Shown here: piece after piece, positions 41,101 through 50,151 of the stretch
How the letters are laid out: the number at the start of each line of letters is the position of its first letter
Numbering within the stretch: position 1 is the stretch's first letter
DNA from: a virus
Lineage: Duplodnaviria; Caudoviricetes
IMG/VR virus record: IMGVR_UViG_3300028888_000055
DNA length: 64,000 nucleotides
Direction: 5' to 3' (one strand)
Translations under genes and position numbers: made by a program
The notes under the pieces: generated by a model
What the model was told of the DNA's origin: nothing
Databases searched by the model: none
Seen by the model: only the letters and a program-made list of their open reading frames with translations

Positions 41101-42916
41101 AACAGCACAAGCTTTTAGAATTATGGATGTGTTCGAGGAAAGCGAAAACGAAGTAACAAGAACTAAACTCCTAAAAGAACACGATCTTGACTATTTTACT
41201 ACAAGTGTTGAAAAAATATTCTACGCTTATTCTTTCTCTAAGATTAGAAAGAGTGTATTGGACTCTTACATGCCAGTGTTAAAAGGTATGTATGTAATGC
41301 TAAAGACAAATGGTATGTTAAATAACATTGGTATAGAACAAATGGAAAAATACCTGGTAAATTATGTTTCAGCAAAGATAATGAATCGTTCATTAGTATC
41401 AGACGAATATAAAGGTTTAGCCCATGTTATGAGTAAACTTAGGAATGTAACAAGTGAAGTTACACTGGGTATTTCTCCAAAAGCATTCTTATTCTAGCTT
41501 ATCGAAGGTGTATGGAAAAACAATTCTCGTTCTATTATAAAGCCTATGGGTCTTAATTAGTTCGGACACCAAGAATATAAGGACGCTTTGGTATGGCTTC
41601 TTGGAGATGCGAAGAATCACTTTAAAGTAGTATCAATGGGAGAACTTATTAACGAACAATATGGTATAAATGACCAGGATATTAACGTGTTAGCAGATAG
41701 ATTGCGTGAAGGACAAGATGCTTTAACATTTTAGGGCAAATTAATGTGGATGGTTAGTGCTCCAGATTATATGAACCGTATGGCTATATTTGTTGCTTAG
41801 ATGAAAGCAGATGGTTGTTTTGATGCTCACACAATGAACGATGATGGATTTACAATGTCATATGATTGCTCTAAAGATTCTCGCTTTAATAAACTTAAGT
41901 TTAATAGAAAGAGTAGAGAAGACGTTGATTCTAGAGATCCAGAATATCTTAAGTAGCTAGCTATGTATAAGAGAATGGTAGATGAATTCAATGCAGAAGG
42001 TTACAAAATTGTAGACCCTAATACTGGATTGGAAAGAAGCATGACTTATAATGATAAATTGCCTAGAGCATATACTAATAGAGAAGCAAGAAGTATAAAA
42101 TCATTGGCCGATGCATTATATGGTTATTACAACCATGAAGACTAGTACCTATTAAAGAGTTACTTATTAGGTGCTTTATTTACACAATTTAGAACTTATT
42201 GGTCATCTCTTAAGAATAGATGGTGGTTAGATGGAGGTATTTACAGTCAAGGCCATTGGGAACATATGAAAAATTCAAAAGGTGAATTGATGTATAAAAA
42301 AATAATCAATGAAGGTCAAGAAAACGAAAGAGTAATTCTTATTCCAGAAAGTCAATTAAATGGCGAAATTCTAGAACCATACATGGATTGGAAAGGCTCT
42401 TATTAGGAAGGGTATTGTTAGACAGTCTTAAGTCTCTTTAAAGATATGTTTAGTCCAAATGAAGATGACTTGTCTATGTCTGAAAGAGCTAGACAATGGT
42501 GGAAAGGGAAAGAAGGTATCGATGATACTGTTGCCTACACAAGAAGAGCCAATATGAAGTTAATGATTCACGATTTATCAGTATTCTGCTTAATATAGTT
42601 AATATTTGGTACAATCATTATGCAATTGTTCAAAGACCAGAAAAAAGCAGACAAGACCAAAAATCTAACTGCTATGGAAAAAGTATTAAGATCTGCAGAA
42701 AGAGTAGGACTTTATTCTATGATTTAGTCTGGCTCTGACCTTGGAATAGGAGATGTCTTCTCACCAATGACCGATTGGACTCCTCCTAGCTTTGCAGTAG
42801 CTAAAGAAGCTTGGAAAGACATGGGAGAAGTAATGACTGGAGATTAGAATTTCTTTAAAGCAGTGGTTGATAACGTAGGTTTCTTACGTCAAACTAAGAC
42901 TTTATGGTCACTTTGA
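38156..42916 (+). CDS. Large virion protein with PD-(D/E)XK (RecB-like) nuclease domain (1586 aa, TAG=Gln)
   Basis: Frame 2 joins ORFs 38156, 38720, 40157, 40943 and 41963 and ends at TGA 42914-42916. Motifs GTAMH, E, GIIDLVV, IYDYKTS and QLALY. Hydrophobic segment near 42575-42632. Confidence 0.85.
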
Positions 42917-42928
42917 TTAAATACATAG

Positions 42929-42973
42929 AAAAAAAAATGGGCCAACACTCCGAAGAGTGTTGACCCGTTTTTT
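42929..42973. terminator. Bidirectional intrinsic terminator between the convergent genome arms
   Basis: A-tract, then TGGGCCAACACTC-CGAA-GAGTGTTGACCCG, then a T-tract. The - strand loop is C(UUCG)G. Confidence 0.9.
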
Positions 42974-42979
42974 ATTTAA

Positions 42980-43390
42980 TTAATCATCGATTGTAAAAGT
43001 AATTGCCTTTTTACTTTTTGATTCTTCTTTAGGAAGATGAACATTTAAAATACCATTCTTAAGATCTACTTTAACATTCTGATAATCAATATCATCATTT
43101 AAAGCTATCTTCCTTTCACATTTCTCAGAAAAGAATTCACTGTTATCTTCATAACTTTCATCTTTACTGCGTTCGCCAGAAACTATCAATATATTGTCCT
43201 TTATTGCTACCTTCAGCTCTTCTTTACTAAAACCAGGCACCATTACTTGAACTGTATAGGAATCATCTTCCTCTTTCATTCTAACAGGTACAATATAGTC
43301 AGTTATCTCGCATTTAGGTAAATTAAGTTCTCCAAATTTGCTAAGAGAATCTCTTAAATAGTTTTGAATTTCTTTAAAAGAATTACTCAT
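42980..43390 (-). CDS. Small heat-shock protein (HSP20/alpha-crystallin family)
   Basis: YTVQVMVPGFSKEELKV...LIVSGE...VKVDLKNGILNVHLPK. Confidence 0.9.
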   Translation of the reverse strand: MSNSFKEIQNYLRDSLSKFGELNLPKCEITDYIVPVRMKEEDDSYTVQVMVPGFSKEELKVAIKDNILIVSGERSKDESYEDNSEFFSEKCERKIALNDDIDYQNVKVDLKNGILNVHLPKEESKSKKAITFTIDD

Positions 43391-43394
43391 TGTG

Positions 43395-44468
43395 TTAAAA
43401 TCCTATTTTCTTTTCAGTTTTAACCCCATTATCTTCCTGGTAATTAAAGACATCACAAAGAGGCATTTCCTTAGGCGTTTCGTTAATATTGAACTTTTCA
43501 AATAGTTGTTTAACTTTATCCTTAGTCAATTTACCAAATTCATACTTCAATTTTAGTCTTCCCTTTCTTAACAATGCAGAATCTACATTTGTCAGACTAT
43601 CATTAAAAGTACATATAAATTTGAGGTTCAAAGAATCTCCCAACATTCCATCTGAAATATTCAATATGGGAGTAATCAGGGTATTGTAATTACTTCCCCT
43701 GTCTTTTAATACCATCTCACAATCTTCTAATATAAATACAGAATCTTTACATTTAAATAAAAAGTCCATAAATGCAGTAGAATTTATTTGAGAGAACATA
43801 GAGCTATCTAACCAATAGAACTTAATATCAGGATTATCTGTTATAAGTTTTCTTATAAGGAAAGATTTTCCAGTTCCAGGATCTCCATGAAGTAAAACTA
43901 AAGCACTACTTTCAGCTTTTATAATTTCCTCTATTTTATCATAAGGAAGATCATCATTATAGTTACTCTCCAAATCTACTTCATCTTGTCTAATTGGCAT
44001 CAAATTAACGTTGAATCTACCGTTATTATCTACAGATACAAATTTAAGATTAGCCTTATCACCAAGTTCATCAACTATACAATCAATAATCTTTTGACTT
44101 TTCTTTTCATTAATATTAAATATAGTACCCCTAAATAAGATAAATTCATTGGTTACTACAAACTTATAAGATTTCCATACATGCACGTAGCATTCGAAAT
44201 TCTTTATAATTTTTTCAGTAGTTTCATCAATGTTGATTTTACCTTTTGGATGATATTCTCCTTCTTCGTCCCAATTTTCATCACTAGCCTTTTCTTCAAG
44301 TGTTAATTCATCAAAGAAGTACATTACATGAGGGACCTTACCATAAATCTTTATAAATAAGGCATAACAGAAAGCATCATCATTAGTATTTTCTATTGTT
44401 ATTGATTCTTTAGAAGCTAATTCGTAAATAGCATTTAAAGTTTTGTCTTTTAATTCTTCTTTCGTCAT
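43395..44468 (-). CDS. AAA+ ATPase
   Basis: Walker A GDPGTGKS, Walker B FILEDCE, LNISDG, CTFN and D.ALLRKGR arginine-finger region. Confidence 0.88.
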   Translation of the reverse strand: MTKEELKDKTLNAIYELASKESITIENTNDDAFCYALFIKIYGKVPHVMYFFDELTLEEKASDENWDEEGEYHPKGKINIDETTEKIIKNFECYVHVWKSYKFVVTNEFILFRGTIFNINEKKSQKIIDCIVDELGDKANLKFVSVDNNGRFNVNLMPIRQDEVDLESNYNDDLPYDKIEEIIKAESSALVLLHGDPGTGKSFLIRKLITDNPDIKFYWLDSSMFSQINSTAFMDFLFKCKDSVFILEDCEMVLKDRGSNYNTLITPILNISDGMLGDSLNLKFICTFNDSLTNVDSALLRKGRLKLKYEFGKLTKDKVKQLFEKFNINETPKEMPLCDVFNYQEDNGVKTEKKIGF

Positions 44469-45175
44469 ATTTCAAAATCAAGAGGTGGATAAACTTCATC
44501 ATAATTCTCGTCAAGTAATGAAACTGTAGCAAATTTAGTACTAGTTTCAGGATATTCTTGAATAGAGTGATCGGAAGAATGTATATGTCCTGAGATTGCT
44601 ATCTTTGGTTTCTTCTCTAGAATTGCATCTGCAAGTATTTTATTACCCGCACGTTCTCCAGAATAATATCCTTGAGTAATCACTCCCATTCTTCCAATAT
44701 CTGGGGCATCATGAGTCATACATACATCGCAACGTTTTGGTAACCTTGCATACTTTTCTTGTATAAAAGAATCTACGGACATAAAAGCCCAGTTGCCAAA
44801 TTGATGACACCAGGGAGATCCCCAGAACATATAACTCTTACCTTCTTTGTTATAGAAATCTACATTGTCATTTAAGAATTCTATTTTACCGTTAGTAGGA
44901 GTCCTAATAACAGAGTGATAATAAGGTTCATTATAATAGAAGCTTTCGCCTATAAAATCATGATTACCCCAAACAGCATACACTTTATTACAAGGTATTT
45001 TATTTATCCAGGGTACGAAAAACTTCTTTATCCATTTTTCACTTTTAGGAATATTACGCTGGACAGCTAATGGTACTATATCGCCACAAATAAATAACAC
45101 ATCAAAACGATCAGTTATCTGAGGAAGTAACCCGTGAAGATCACTAATAGCTTTACATTTTAATTTATTTTCCAT
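44465..45175 (-). CDS. Calcineurin-like metallophosphoesterase
   Basis: Motifs SDLHG, CGD, GNHD, THDAP and SGHIH. Confidence 0.92.
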   Translation of the reverse strand: MENKLKCKAISDLHGLLPQITDRFDVLFICGDIVPLAVQRNIPKSEKWIKKFFVPWINKIPCNKVYAVWGNHDFIGESFYYNEPYYHSVIRTPTNGKIEFLNDNVDFYNKEGKSYMFWGSPWCHQFGNWAFMSVDSFIQEKYARLPKRCDVCMTHDAPDIGRMGVITQGYYSGERAGNKILADAILEKKPKIAISGHIHSSDHSIQEYPETSTKFATVSLLDENYDEVYPPLDFEI

Positions 45176-45359
45176 CCTTGTCTTCTTTTACATATTCATC
45201 AACATATGCTGCTAATGCTTTATTTATAGTAGTTTCACTGAATGTTTGAGCTCGCATCTGACCAATAAAAAGGCTTATCAAATCATATGCACATATTCCT
45301 TCATCATCAGTTACTACCGTAGTAGATATTCCGTCTAGATTTAATTTTAGTTCAGTCAT
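45165..45359 (-). CDS. Hypothetical protein
   Basis: 64-aa ORF overlapping the next gene in operon fashion. Confidence 0.7.
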   Translation of the reverse strand: MTELKLNLDGISTTVVTDDEGICAYDLISLFIGQMRAQTFSETTINKALAAYVDEYVKEDKDGK

Positions 45360-45388
45360 AATTTTAAATGCATTTAAAAGCCATTTAA

Positions 45389-45463
45389 AGAGCCTCTCAG
45401 AGGCTTTTAGTTTCTGTCTAAGTAAGTAAGTGTTACAGAAATAAAAGCTCTCAGAAAGGCTCT
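45389..45463. other. Long imperfect intergenic inverted repeat
   Basis: AGAGCCT...GCTTTTAGTTTCTGT / ACAGAAATAAAAGC...AGGCTCT, preceded by the perfect palindrome TTTTAAATGCATTTAAAA (45362-45379). Confidence 0.7.
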
Positions 45464-45471
45464 ATGATAGC

Positions 45472-45990
45472 TTATTCTTTATTATATTTTTTATTTAAAT
45501 CAAGATTAGATTTTAAGCATATATTTTCGGTGGGAGAAGTTTGAATCATAGAAATATCTCCTAGTTTAATATTACGTTTTTTAGTATTAATTTCTAAACA
45601 TTTTCTTAAAGTATATGGTTTAAGAATCCAGGTTAATATTGTCTTCCAATAAATATTGGACTCATCACTTGTACACTTTTCCATATGATGGTAAGGTGTC
45701 CAACCTATGAAACATCCTATTCTAGCTAATTCAATTTTAACTTCCCATCGATTAAATAATACTATATCTATTATAGGATTATGCTTAAAATAAATTCTTT
45801 TCGCAGTCTGTTTATATTTAACATCTGATATAAAGAGGTTCAATATTTTACAGTCAGGTATGAAAGGTTTATTCCTTTTATTACCAATATAAAACTTTAT
45901 ATTAGGTTTTATAAAAAACTTTCTAACTTTCCAGTATGTTTTTAAGCAGTTTTCTATATGTATTATAAAATATTTATTATTTAATCCCAT
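45472..45990 (-). CDS. Hypothetical protein (basic)
   Basis: 172-aa ORF on the coding strand of this arm; no recognised motif. Confidence 0.65.
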   Translation of the reverse strand: MGLNNKYFIIHIENCLKTYWKVRKFFIKPNIKFYIGNKRNKPFIPDCKILNLFISDVKYKQTAKRIYFKHNPIIDIVLFNRWEVKIELARIGCFIGWTPYHHMEKCTSDESNIYWKTILTWILKPYTLRKCLEINTKKRNIKLGDISMIQTSPTENICLKSNLDLNKKYNKE

Positions 45991-46172
45991 ACTCCAGTAC
46001 TAATAGGAAGGCCTTTGCTTTGTATTAATTTGGTAGTATCGAATAATAATAAGTTTCTAATATAAGCTTTAACTTCTCTAGGAGAATTCTTTAAAAAGTC
46101 TTCTATTTCTCTATTTTCTTCTTCTTTTTTTCTGATTATGTTATTCTTTCTTATTTTCTTCTGCCATTTCAT
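45981..46172 (-). CDS. Hypothetical protein
   Basis: 63-aa ORF with short overlaps to both neighbours. Confidence 0.55.
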   Translation of the reverse strand: MKWQKKIRKNNIIRKKEEENREIEDFLKNSPREVKAYIRNLLLFDTTKLIQSKGLPISTGVWD

Positions 46173-47019
46173 ACAAATAGTCCTTTATTTCGTTGGCAAT
46201 AATTTGCATATCTGGATGAGCATTACTAGCAGTTCTTAAAGAAAGAAAATGTTCCCAATCATCAGCGAAGCCAGTTACAACAAGCTCTGTCTTTAATGCA
46301 AGTGGCAGAATCTGCCTTGCTTGTTGTGGTGTCATTTTAAGTTCTTGAATCATCCATAAATAATGGTCTTCTATTTCCTCACAGGCTTTCATATAACAAG
46401 CTTGTCCATCAACATTATCATAATACCAATATGGCTTTATAAAAGTAATTGTATTGCCAAAATTATCATAAGCATAATTGCAATATCTAGTACTTTCTTG
46501 ACAAAAACTTAATTTTCTATGTCTGACTATTTCATTTCCTACTCCTCTATCACATACAATCTTAAAAGAATACCGCTTAATATGATCGGCTTCTGGTAAA
46601 GATAAATATCTAATATCATCTACTTTATCGTTCTCTAGTAATACTCTATAGTTTGTAGTAATATAATATAAAGAACTAAAAGGTACTTCATTAACATAAC
46701 GTGTTTTTCTTACTACTCTAGAATATTCATTTTCTTCATAAAATGATATTATTTCATATTTATCCCTATATTCAGAATCCCTTAAAGCACCTCGTAGAGC
46801 CCAAGGTAATTCTATTTTTAAATATATAGTACCATGTTCCAGTGGAGAATAATGACCTCTTTTAACAAGCATATCTATAAAATCTATGTGGGAATCAGTT
46901 GTTATTTTATTCTCAGATTTATAGCATACTCTCCCTGCTTTTTCAATCATTCTTGTGACATCATCAAAATCTTTATAGTCACATTTTATCATTTCTACAC
47001 TTGGATCAATTAATCGCAT
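46141..47019 (-). CDS. thyX: Flavin-dependent thymidylate synthase
   Basis: AGRVCYKS, GHYSPLEH, RHRKLSFCQESTRY (ThyX motif), AR.ILP, LR...AHPDM. Confidence 0.93.
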   Translation of the reverse strand: MRLIDPSVEMIKCDYKDFDDVTRMIEKAGRVCYKSENKITTDSHIDFIDMLVKRGHYSPLEHGTIYLKIELPWALRGALRDSEYRDKYEIISFYEENEYSRVVRKTRYVNEVPFSSLYYITTNYRVLLENDKVDDIRYLSLPEADHIKRYSFKIVCDRGVGNEIVRHRKLSFCQESTRYCNYAYDNFGNTITFIKPYWYYDNVDGQACYMKACEEIEDHYLWMIQELKMTPQQARQILPLALKTELVVTGFADDWEHFLSLRTASNAHPDMQIIANEIKDYLYEMAEENKKE

Positions 47020-47366
47020 AATATATTATTTTTGATATATTGATTCATTTCTTCATACTTATTGTTAAATTCTTCATTACTAATAAGGTTAGCTTTTATA
47101 ACAAGAAGCATGGTTCTATCTATCTTAGTAGTAATTGTTTTATGTCCTATTTGTAAACCAACATAAGTTATATAAATAGCCTCATCCCCACTATATTTAA
47201 TATTAGTAATCTTAATAATTTTAGTACGGATACCATTAATATTAAAACATTTACCTTCTAGATATTTATATTTTTCTAATTCAAGCTCTCGAATCGCCTC
47301 ATTAATATTTCCGAGGCGATTCTCAAGCTCAAATTTTTCATTCATTAACTCTCCTAATTTGCTCAT
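47010..47366 (-). CDS. Hypothetical protein
   Basis: 118-aa ORF abutting thyX. Confidence 0.7.
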   Translation of the reverse strand: MSKLGELMNEKFELENRLGNINEAIRELELEKYKYLEGKCFNINGIRTKIIKITNIKYSGDEAIYITYVGLQIGHKTITTKIDRTMLLVIKANLISNEEFNNKYEEMNQYIKNNILCD

Positions 47367-47524
47367 AGTTCTTTTTCAATTCTTACGAATGTAATACTAT
47401 AAACTCCAGGGAATTGGGCTTTAAGTTTCTTTAAAGCACTTTCTTTGTTATATGCATCAATAAATACCTTGTCTAATTCTTTATCGCCAGCATTATATTG
47501 AATATTATATATGTATCTTTTCAT
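47363..47524 (-). CDS. Small hypothetical protein (53 aa; not in ORF track)
   Basis: MKRYIYNIQYNAGDKELDKVFIDAYNKESALKKLKAQFPGVYSITFVRIEKEL*. Its TGA overlaps the next ATG (ATGA coupling). Confidence 0.7.
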   Translation of the reverse strand: MKRYIYNIQYNAGDKELDKVFIDAYNKESALKKLKAQFPGVYSITFVRIEKEL

Positions 47525-47558
47525 TTAATTTGGTTTAAATGTTAAACAATTAATTTAA

Positions 47559-48194
47559 TTACCTCTTAATAACTTTATTGATTTTCTTTGTGCCATTGTC
47601 ATACTCTATAGTAACAATGTTTACACCGTCAAATGGTTCTGAACTTTGAACGCCTTGCATATTATAATATTGGACTTTCTTTACAGAAGATTCAACATTT
47701 GTAATGCCAGTTGGTGGGGTATATGGAGTATAATTAATTGTAATACTCTTGATTCTTACTTGAACATTTGTTGTATTGTTGTTTCCAATTGTAAATGCGG
47801 AAGCATTAATTGCATATTCACCTTCGTCATTTGGTTCAACTATATTACCATTTACTTCAACATACACATTTGAATAATTAGCACTACTAAACTCAAATGT
47901 AATGTTATTGATAGTTGCATTATTCAATGATGCAACATCAATGGTACTTACACCATTTTCATTCCAATATAATCTTACTTCTCCAGCTTTATTTAATCCA
48001 GGATAAAGCTCATTACCAGCTAAATTACCAATTACTGACCATTCAGTGGCATCAAGTCCAACAATGGTGGCATCATTTCCGCCTGTCATATTTGTTGTTG
48101 TGGTTCCTGTGTATGCTAAAACTACGGTTTCAGCATTTGCATACAATGACATACTCACAAAGAGTAATAATAAAAGAGATAATAATTTTTTCAT
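47559..48194 (-). CDS. Secreted protein with signal peptide and T9SS (Por) C-terminal sorting-like domain
   Basis: Sec signal MKKLLSLLLLLFVSMSLYANA; beta-rich Asn/Thr-rich domain; C-terminal PTGITNV...YYNMQG......GVNIV......K..KVIK. Confidence 0.8.
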   Translation of the reverse strand: MKKLLSLLLLLFVSMSLYANAETVVLAYTGTTTTNMTGGNDATIVGLDATEWSVIGNLAGNELYPGLNKAGEVRLYWNENGVSTIDVASLNNATINNITFEFSSANYSNVYVEVNGNIVEPNDEGEYAINASAFTIGNNNTTNVQVRIKSITINYTPYTPPTGITNVESSVKKVQYYNMQGVQSSEPFDGVNIVTIEYDNGTKKINKVIKR

Positions 48195-48211
48195 AAAATA
48201 CATTTTTTCAT

Positions 48212-48247
48212 AAAAAAGAGAGATACTATTTATATATAATATCTCTC
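48212..48247 (-). terminator. Intrinsic terminator downstream of ompA
   Basis: Stem GAGAGATA / TATCTCTC with a + strand A6 tract (U-tract on the - strand). Confidence 0.6.
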
Positions 48248-48275
48248 ATTTTATATTAATAATAACTGATCTAGC

Positions 48276-49376
48276 TTATTTTACAATTACTACAGCAACA
48301 CGAGCACCTAAGTCTGTGCCAACACCATGAGCATCTTCAACGCGAACACCACGGTTTTCAAGATAATTCTTTACAACTTGAGCACGCTCATTTGCAAGAT
48401 TTGCATTGAAATTAGCATTGCCATCAGGCGATGCAGAACCAATTATGCGAACGATTGAGTTCTCACCAATCTCATTGAGAGTTGCCTTAGCATTGTCAGT
48501 GAGCTCAGTTGATGCATTTGCGAAGAATACCACAAATTGGTCAGCATCATTAACTGTCTTAGTAACTTCCTTAATTACTTCAACCTTTTGTACTTCGGTA
48601 ATAACCTCTGGCTTACGGCTGCGAAGCTCATTGATTTGATCATTAAGGCGGTCAACTTCAGCTTGTGTATACTTATAAGGACAGAGTGTAAAGTTGTGTG
48701 TTCCATTACTGTTCTTAAACTTATAAGTTAAACCTGCTTCAAGACCTACCCAAGCATTACGGGAATCAAATGCTGGCTGATTAGCATGATAATAGCCATT
48801 AGCACCTGTCAAATTGTAGGCAATATAAGGAGCTACATTAAGTTGTAATCTATCAGTAAGATTTACATTTACTTCTGCTCCTAACTTAGTAATAATGTCA
48901 TTAGTATGCATAGTAGTACCAAAGTAGTAATACTCAGCATCCTGAGCATAGATAAAGCCATGATTCCAACCAATACCTGCTACTGCTACAATTTCTACAG
49001 GACGAGGTTGTCCCTTGTAACCAGCAAATAAATTGTTCAAATTAACCTTACCATTTGCCATAACATTTACATAGTTAAGCCAATTGCGACCTTGAAAATC
49101 GCCTGGCTGTGAACCATTTTCCCAACCGATTGTACTTGAAACACCTACTCCAAATACAGGAGTGATGTATTTAGTCAAGTCAAGACTAGTACTTGCTTGG
49201 ATGGTATGTCCAAAGTCTTTATAATTGTTACAACCAGGATGTAAAATGGCTGTAACACCGCCTCTCACGCCGATTTGCCAATTGTCTGTAAATTTAGAAT
49301 GTTCTACTGTTTGTGCGCTCATTCCAAGCGTAGTAGCTAGAACAGCAGCTACCATTAAAATAAATTTCTTCATCAT
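48276..49376 (-). CDS. ompA: Bacteroidales-type OmpA-family outer membrane protein
   Basis: Signal peptide; beta-barrel strands (DNWQIGVRGG, KYITPVFGVG, VNLNNLF.GY, AGLTYKF); coiled linker; C-terminal OmpA_C domain (VFF...GSASPDG...N..LA.ERA..VK.YL). Confidence 0.9.
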   Translation of the reverse strand: MMKKFILMVAAVLATTLGMSAQTVEHSKFTDNWQIGVRGGVTAILHPGCNNYKDFGHTIQASTSLDLTKYITPVFGVGVSSTIGWENGSQPGDFQGRNWLNYVNVMANGKVNLNNLFAGYKGQPRPVEIVAVAGIGWNHGFIYAQDAEYYYFGTTMHTNDIITKLGAEVNVNLTDRLQLNVAPYIAYNLTGANGYYHANQPAFDSRNAWVGLEAGLTYKFKNSNGTHNFTLCPYKYTQAEVDRLNDQINELRSRKPEVITEVQKVEVIKEVTKTVNDADQFVVFFANASTELTDNAKATLNEIGENSIVRIIGSASPDGNANFNANLANERAQVVKNYLENRGVRVEDAHGVGTDLGARVAVVIVK

Positions 49377-49404
49377 AAAATCATTAATTCAATAAAAAAG
49401 TATC

Positions 49405-49656
49405 TTAATCTTTTGTTATATACTTCAGTATCTCGTCTGGATGCGTCAGGCCGTGCCATTCCTTTATCATCTCATTATCATCATCGAGTAATACTAAAGT
49501 TGGTAGAGATTTTACTCCGTATTCTTCACATAAGGATTCATTTTCTTCGTTTTCAACATTTACGGGTTCAATTTCTACCGAATCAAAAGATTGTAATAAT
49601 TCTCCTTGCATTTTACAAGGAGAACACCAATCTGCATAAAAATCAAGTAGTTTCAC
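49405..49656 (-). CDS. trxA: Thioredoxin
   Basis: DFYADWCSPCK...YGVKSLPTLV. Confidence 0.92.
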   Translation of the reverse strand: MKLLDFYADWCSPCKMQGELLQSFDSVEIEPVNVENEENESLCEEYGVKSLPTLVLLDDDNEMIKEWHGLTHPDEILKYITKD

Positions 49657-49900
49657 TTTTAATTAACTCTATTTCTTTATTAATATACCATATGGCTTTT
49701 TGTAAATCCTCTATATGGGTATCTTTTTTATTGCCTTTAAGTCCAGCACGCCATAGATATTTAATAGCATTACCTATACAAAAATCTCTGTGTTTAATAA
49801 TATCTATACATTCCACTCCAGATGGGTCTGAGCAATAATGAAGTGGATGATCCACATTACTTGTGGAAGCTATATAAGGTTTTTTATTATCTTTTATCAT
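49643..49900 (-). CDS. DUF3310 family protein (T7 gp1.7-like nucleotide kinase family)
   Basis: VDHPLHY...VECIDII...FCIGNAIKYLWRAG.K...EDLQKAIWYI. Confidence 0.88.
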   Translation of the reverse strand: MIKDNKKPYIASTSNVDHPLHYCSDPSGVECIDIIKHRDFCIGNAIKYLWRAGLKGNKKDTHIEDLQKAIWYINKEIELIKSETT

Positions 49901-50120
49901 AACTATAATAATCGAATAAATAAGAAGGAATTTTATTCATAAGAGCTAGCCATCCTCTATTAGAAATTTCTTTATTATAATAAAGATTTCTTATCTTTAT
50001 CGTTCTAAATCTAGTAGTAGTACTACTAGTTTGGTGATTTTTCTCTTTATAAAAGCGGCCTTTTCCTTCTCTATTGTTTTCGCTCTGCAAAGATAATACT
50101 TTATCTTCAATTATTCCCAA
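49887..50120 (-). CDS. Hypothetical protein
   Basis: 77-aa ORF (TTG start) filling the gap between polA and the DUF3310 gene. Confidence 0.5.
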   Translation of the reverse strand: MGIIEDKVLSLQSENNREGKGRFYKEKNHQTSSTTTRFRTIKIRNLYYNKEISNRGWLALMNKIPSYLFDYYSYDKR

Positions 50121-50151
50121 AACTCATGTATATATTTATAGTTAATTTTCC

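Larger units (their letters stand above)
1..42916 (+). other. Late/virion gene arm using TAG=Gln recoded genetic code (crAss-like phage)
   Basis: Standard-code ORF fragments chain in-frame and are separated only by TAG. Reading TAG as sense gives 12 adjacent genes ending in TAA/TGA. TAG falls at Gln positions of recognisable motifs (SGG*TGVD, WKHG*AG, KH*SGG). Confidence 0.97.

Noticed and set aside
1-42916. Interpreting the fragmented + strand as pseudogenes, a decayed prophage or sequencing error
   Set aside because: Interruptions are exclusively TAG, with no frameshifts or internal TAA/TGA in the stretches read, and catalytic motifs are intact.
42914-42980. TGA readthrough at the end of the nuclease gene
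   Set aside because: The extension would run through the terminator hairpin. TGA is used as a stop with ATGA coupling in many - strand genes, and no in-frame TGA was seen inside genes.
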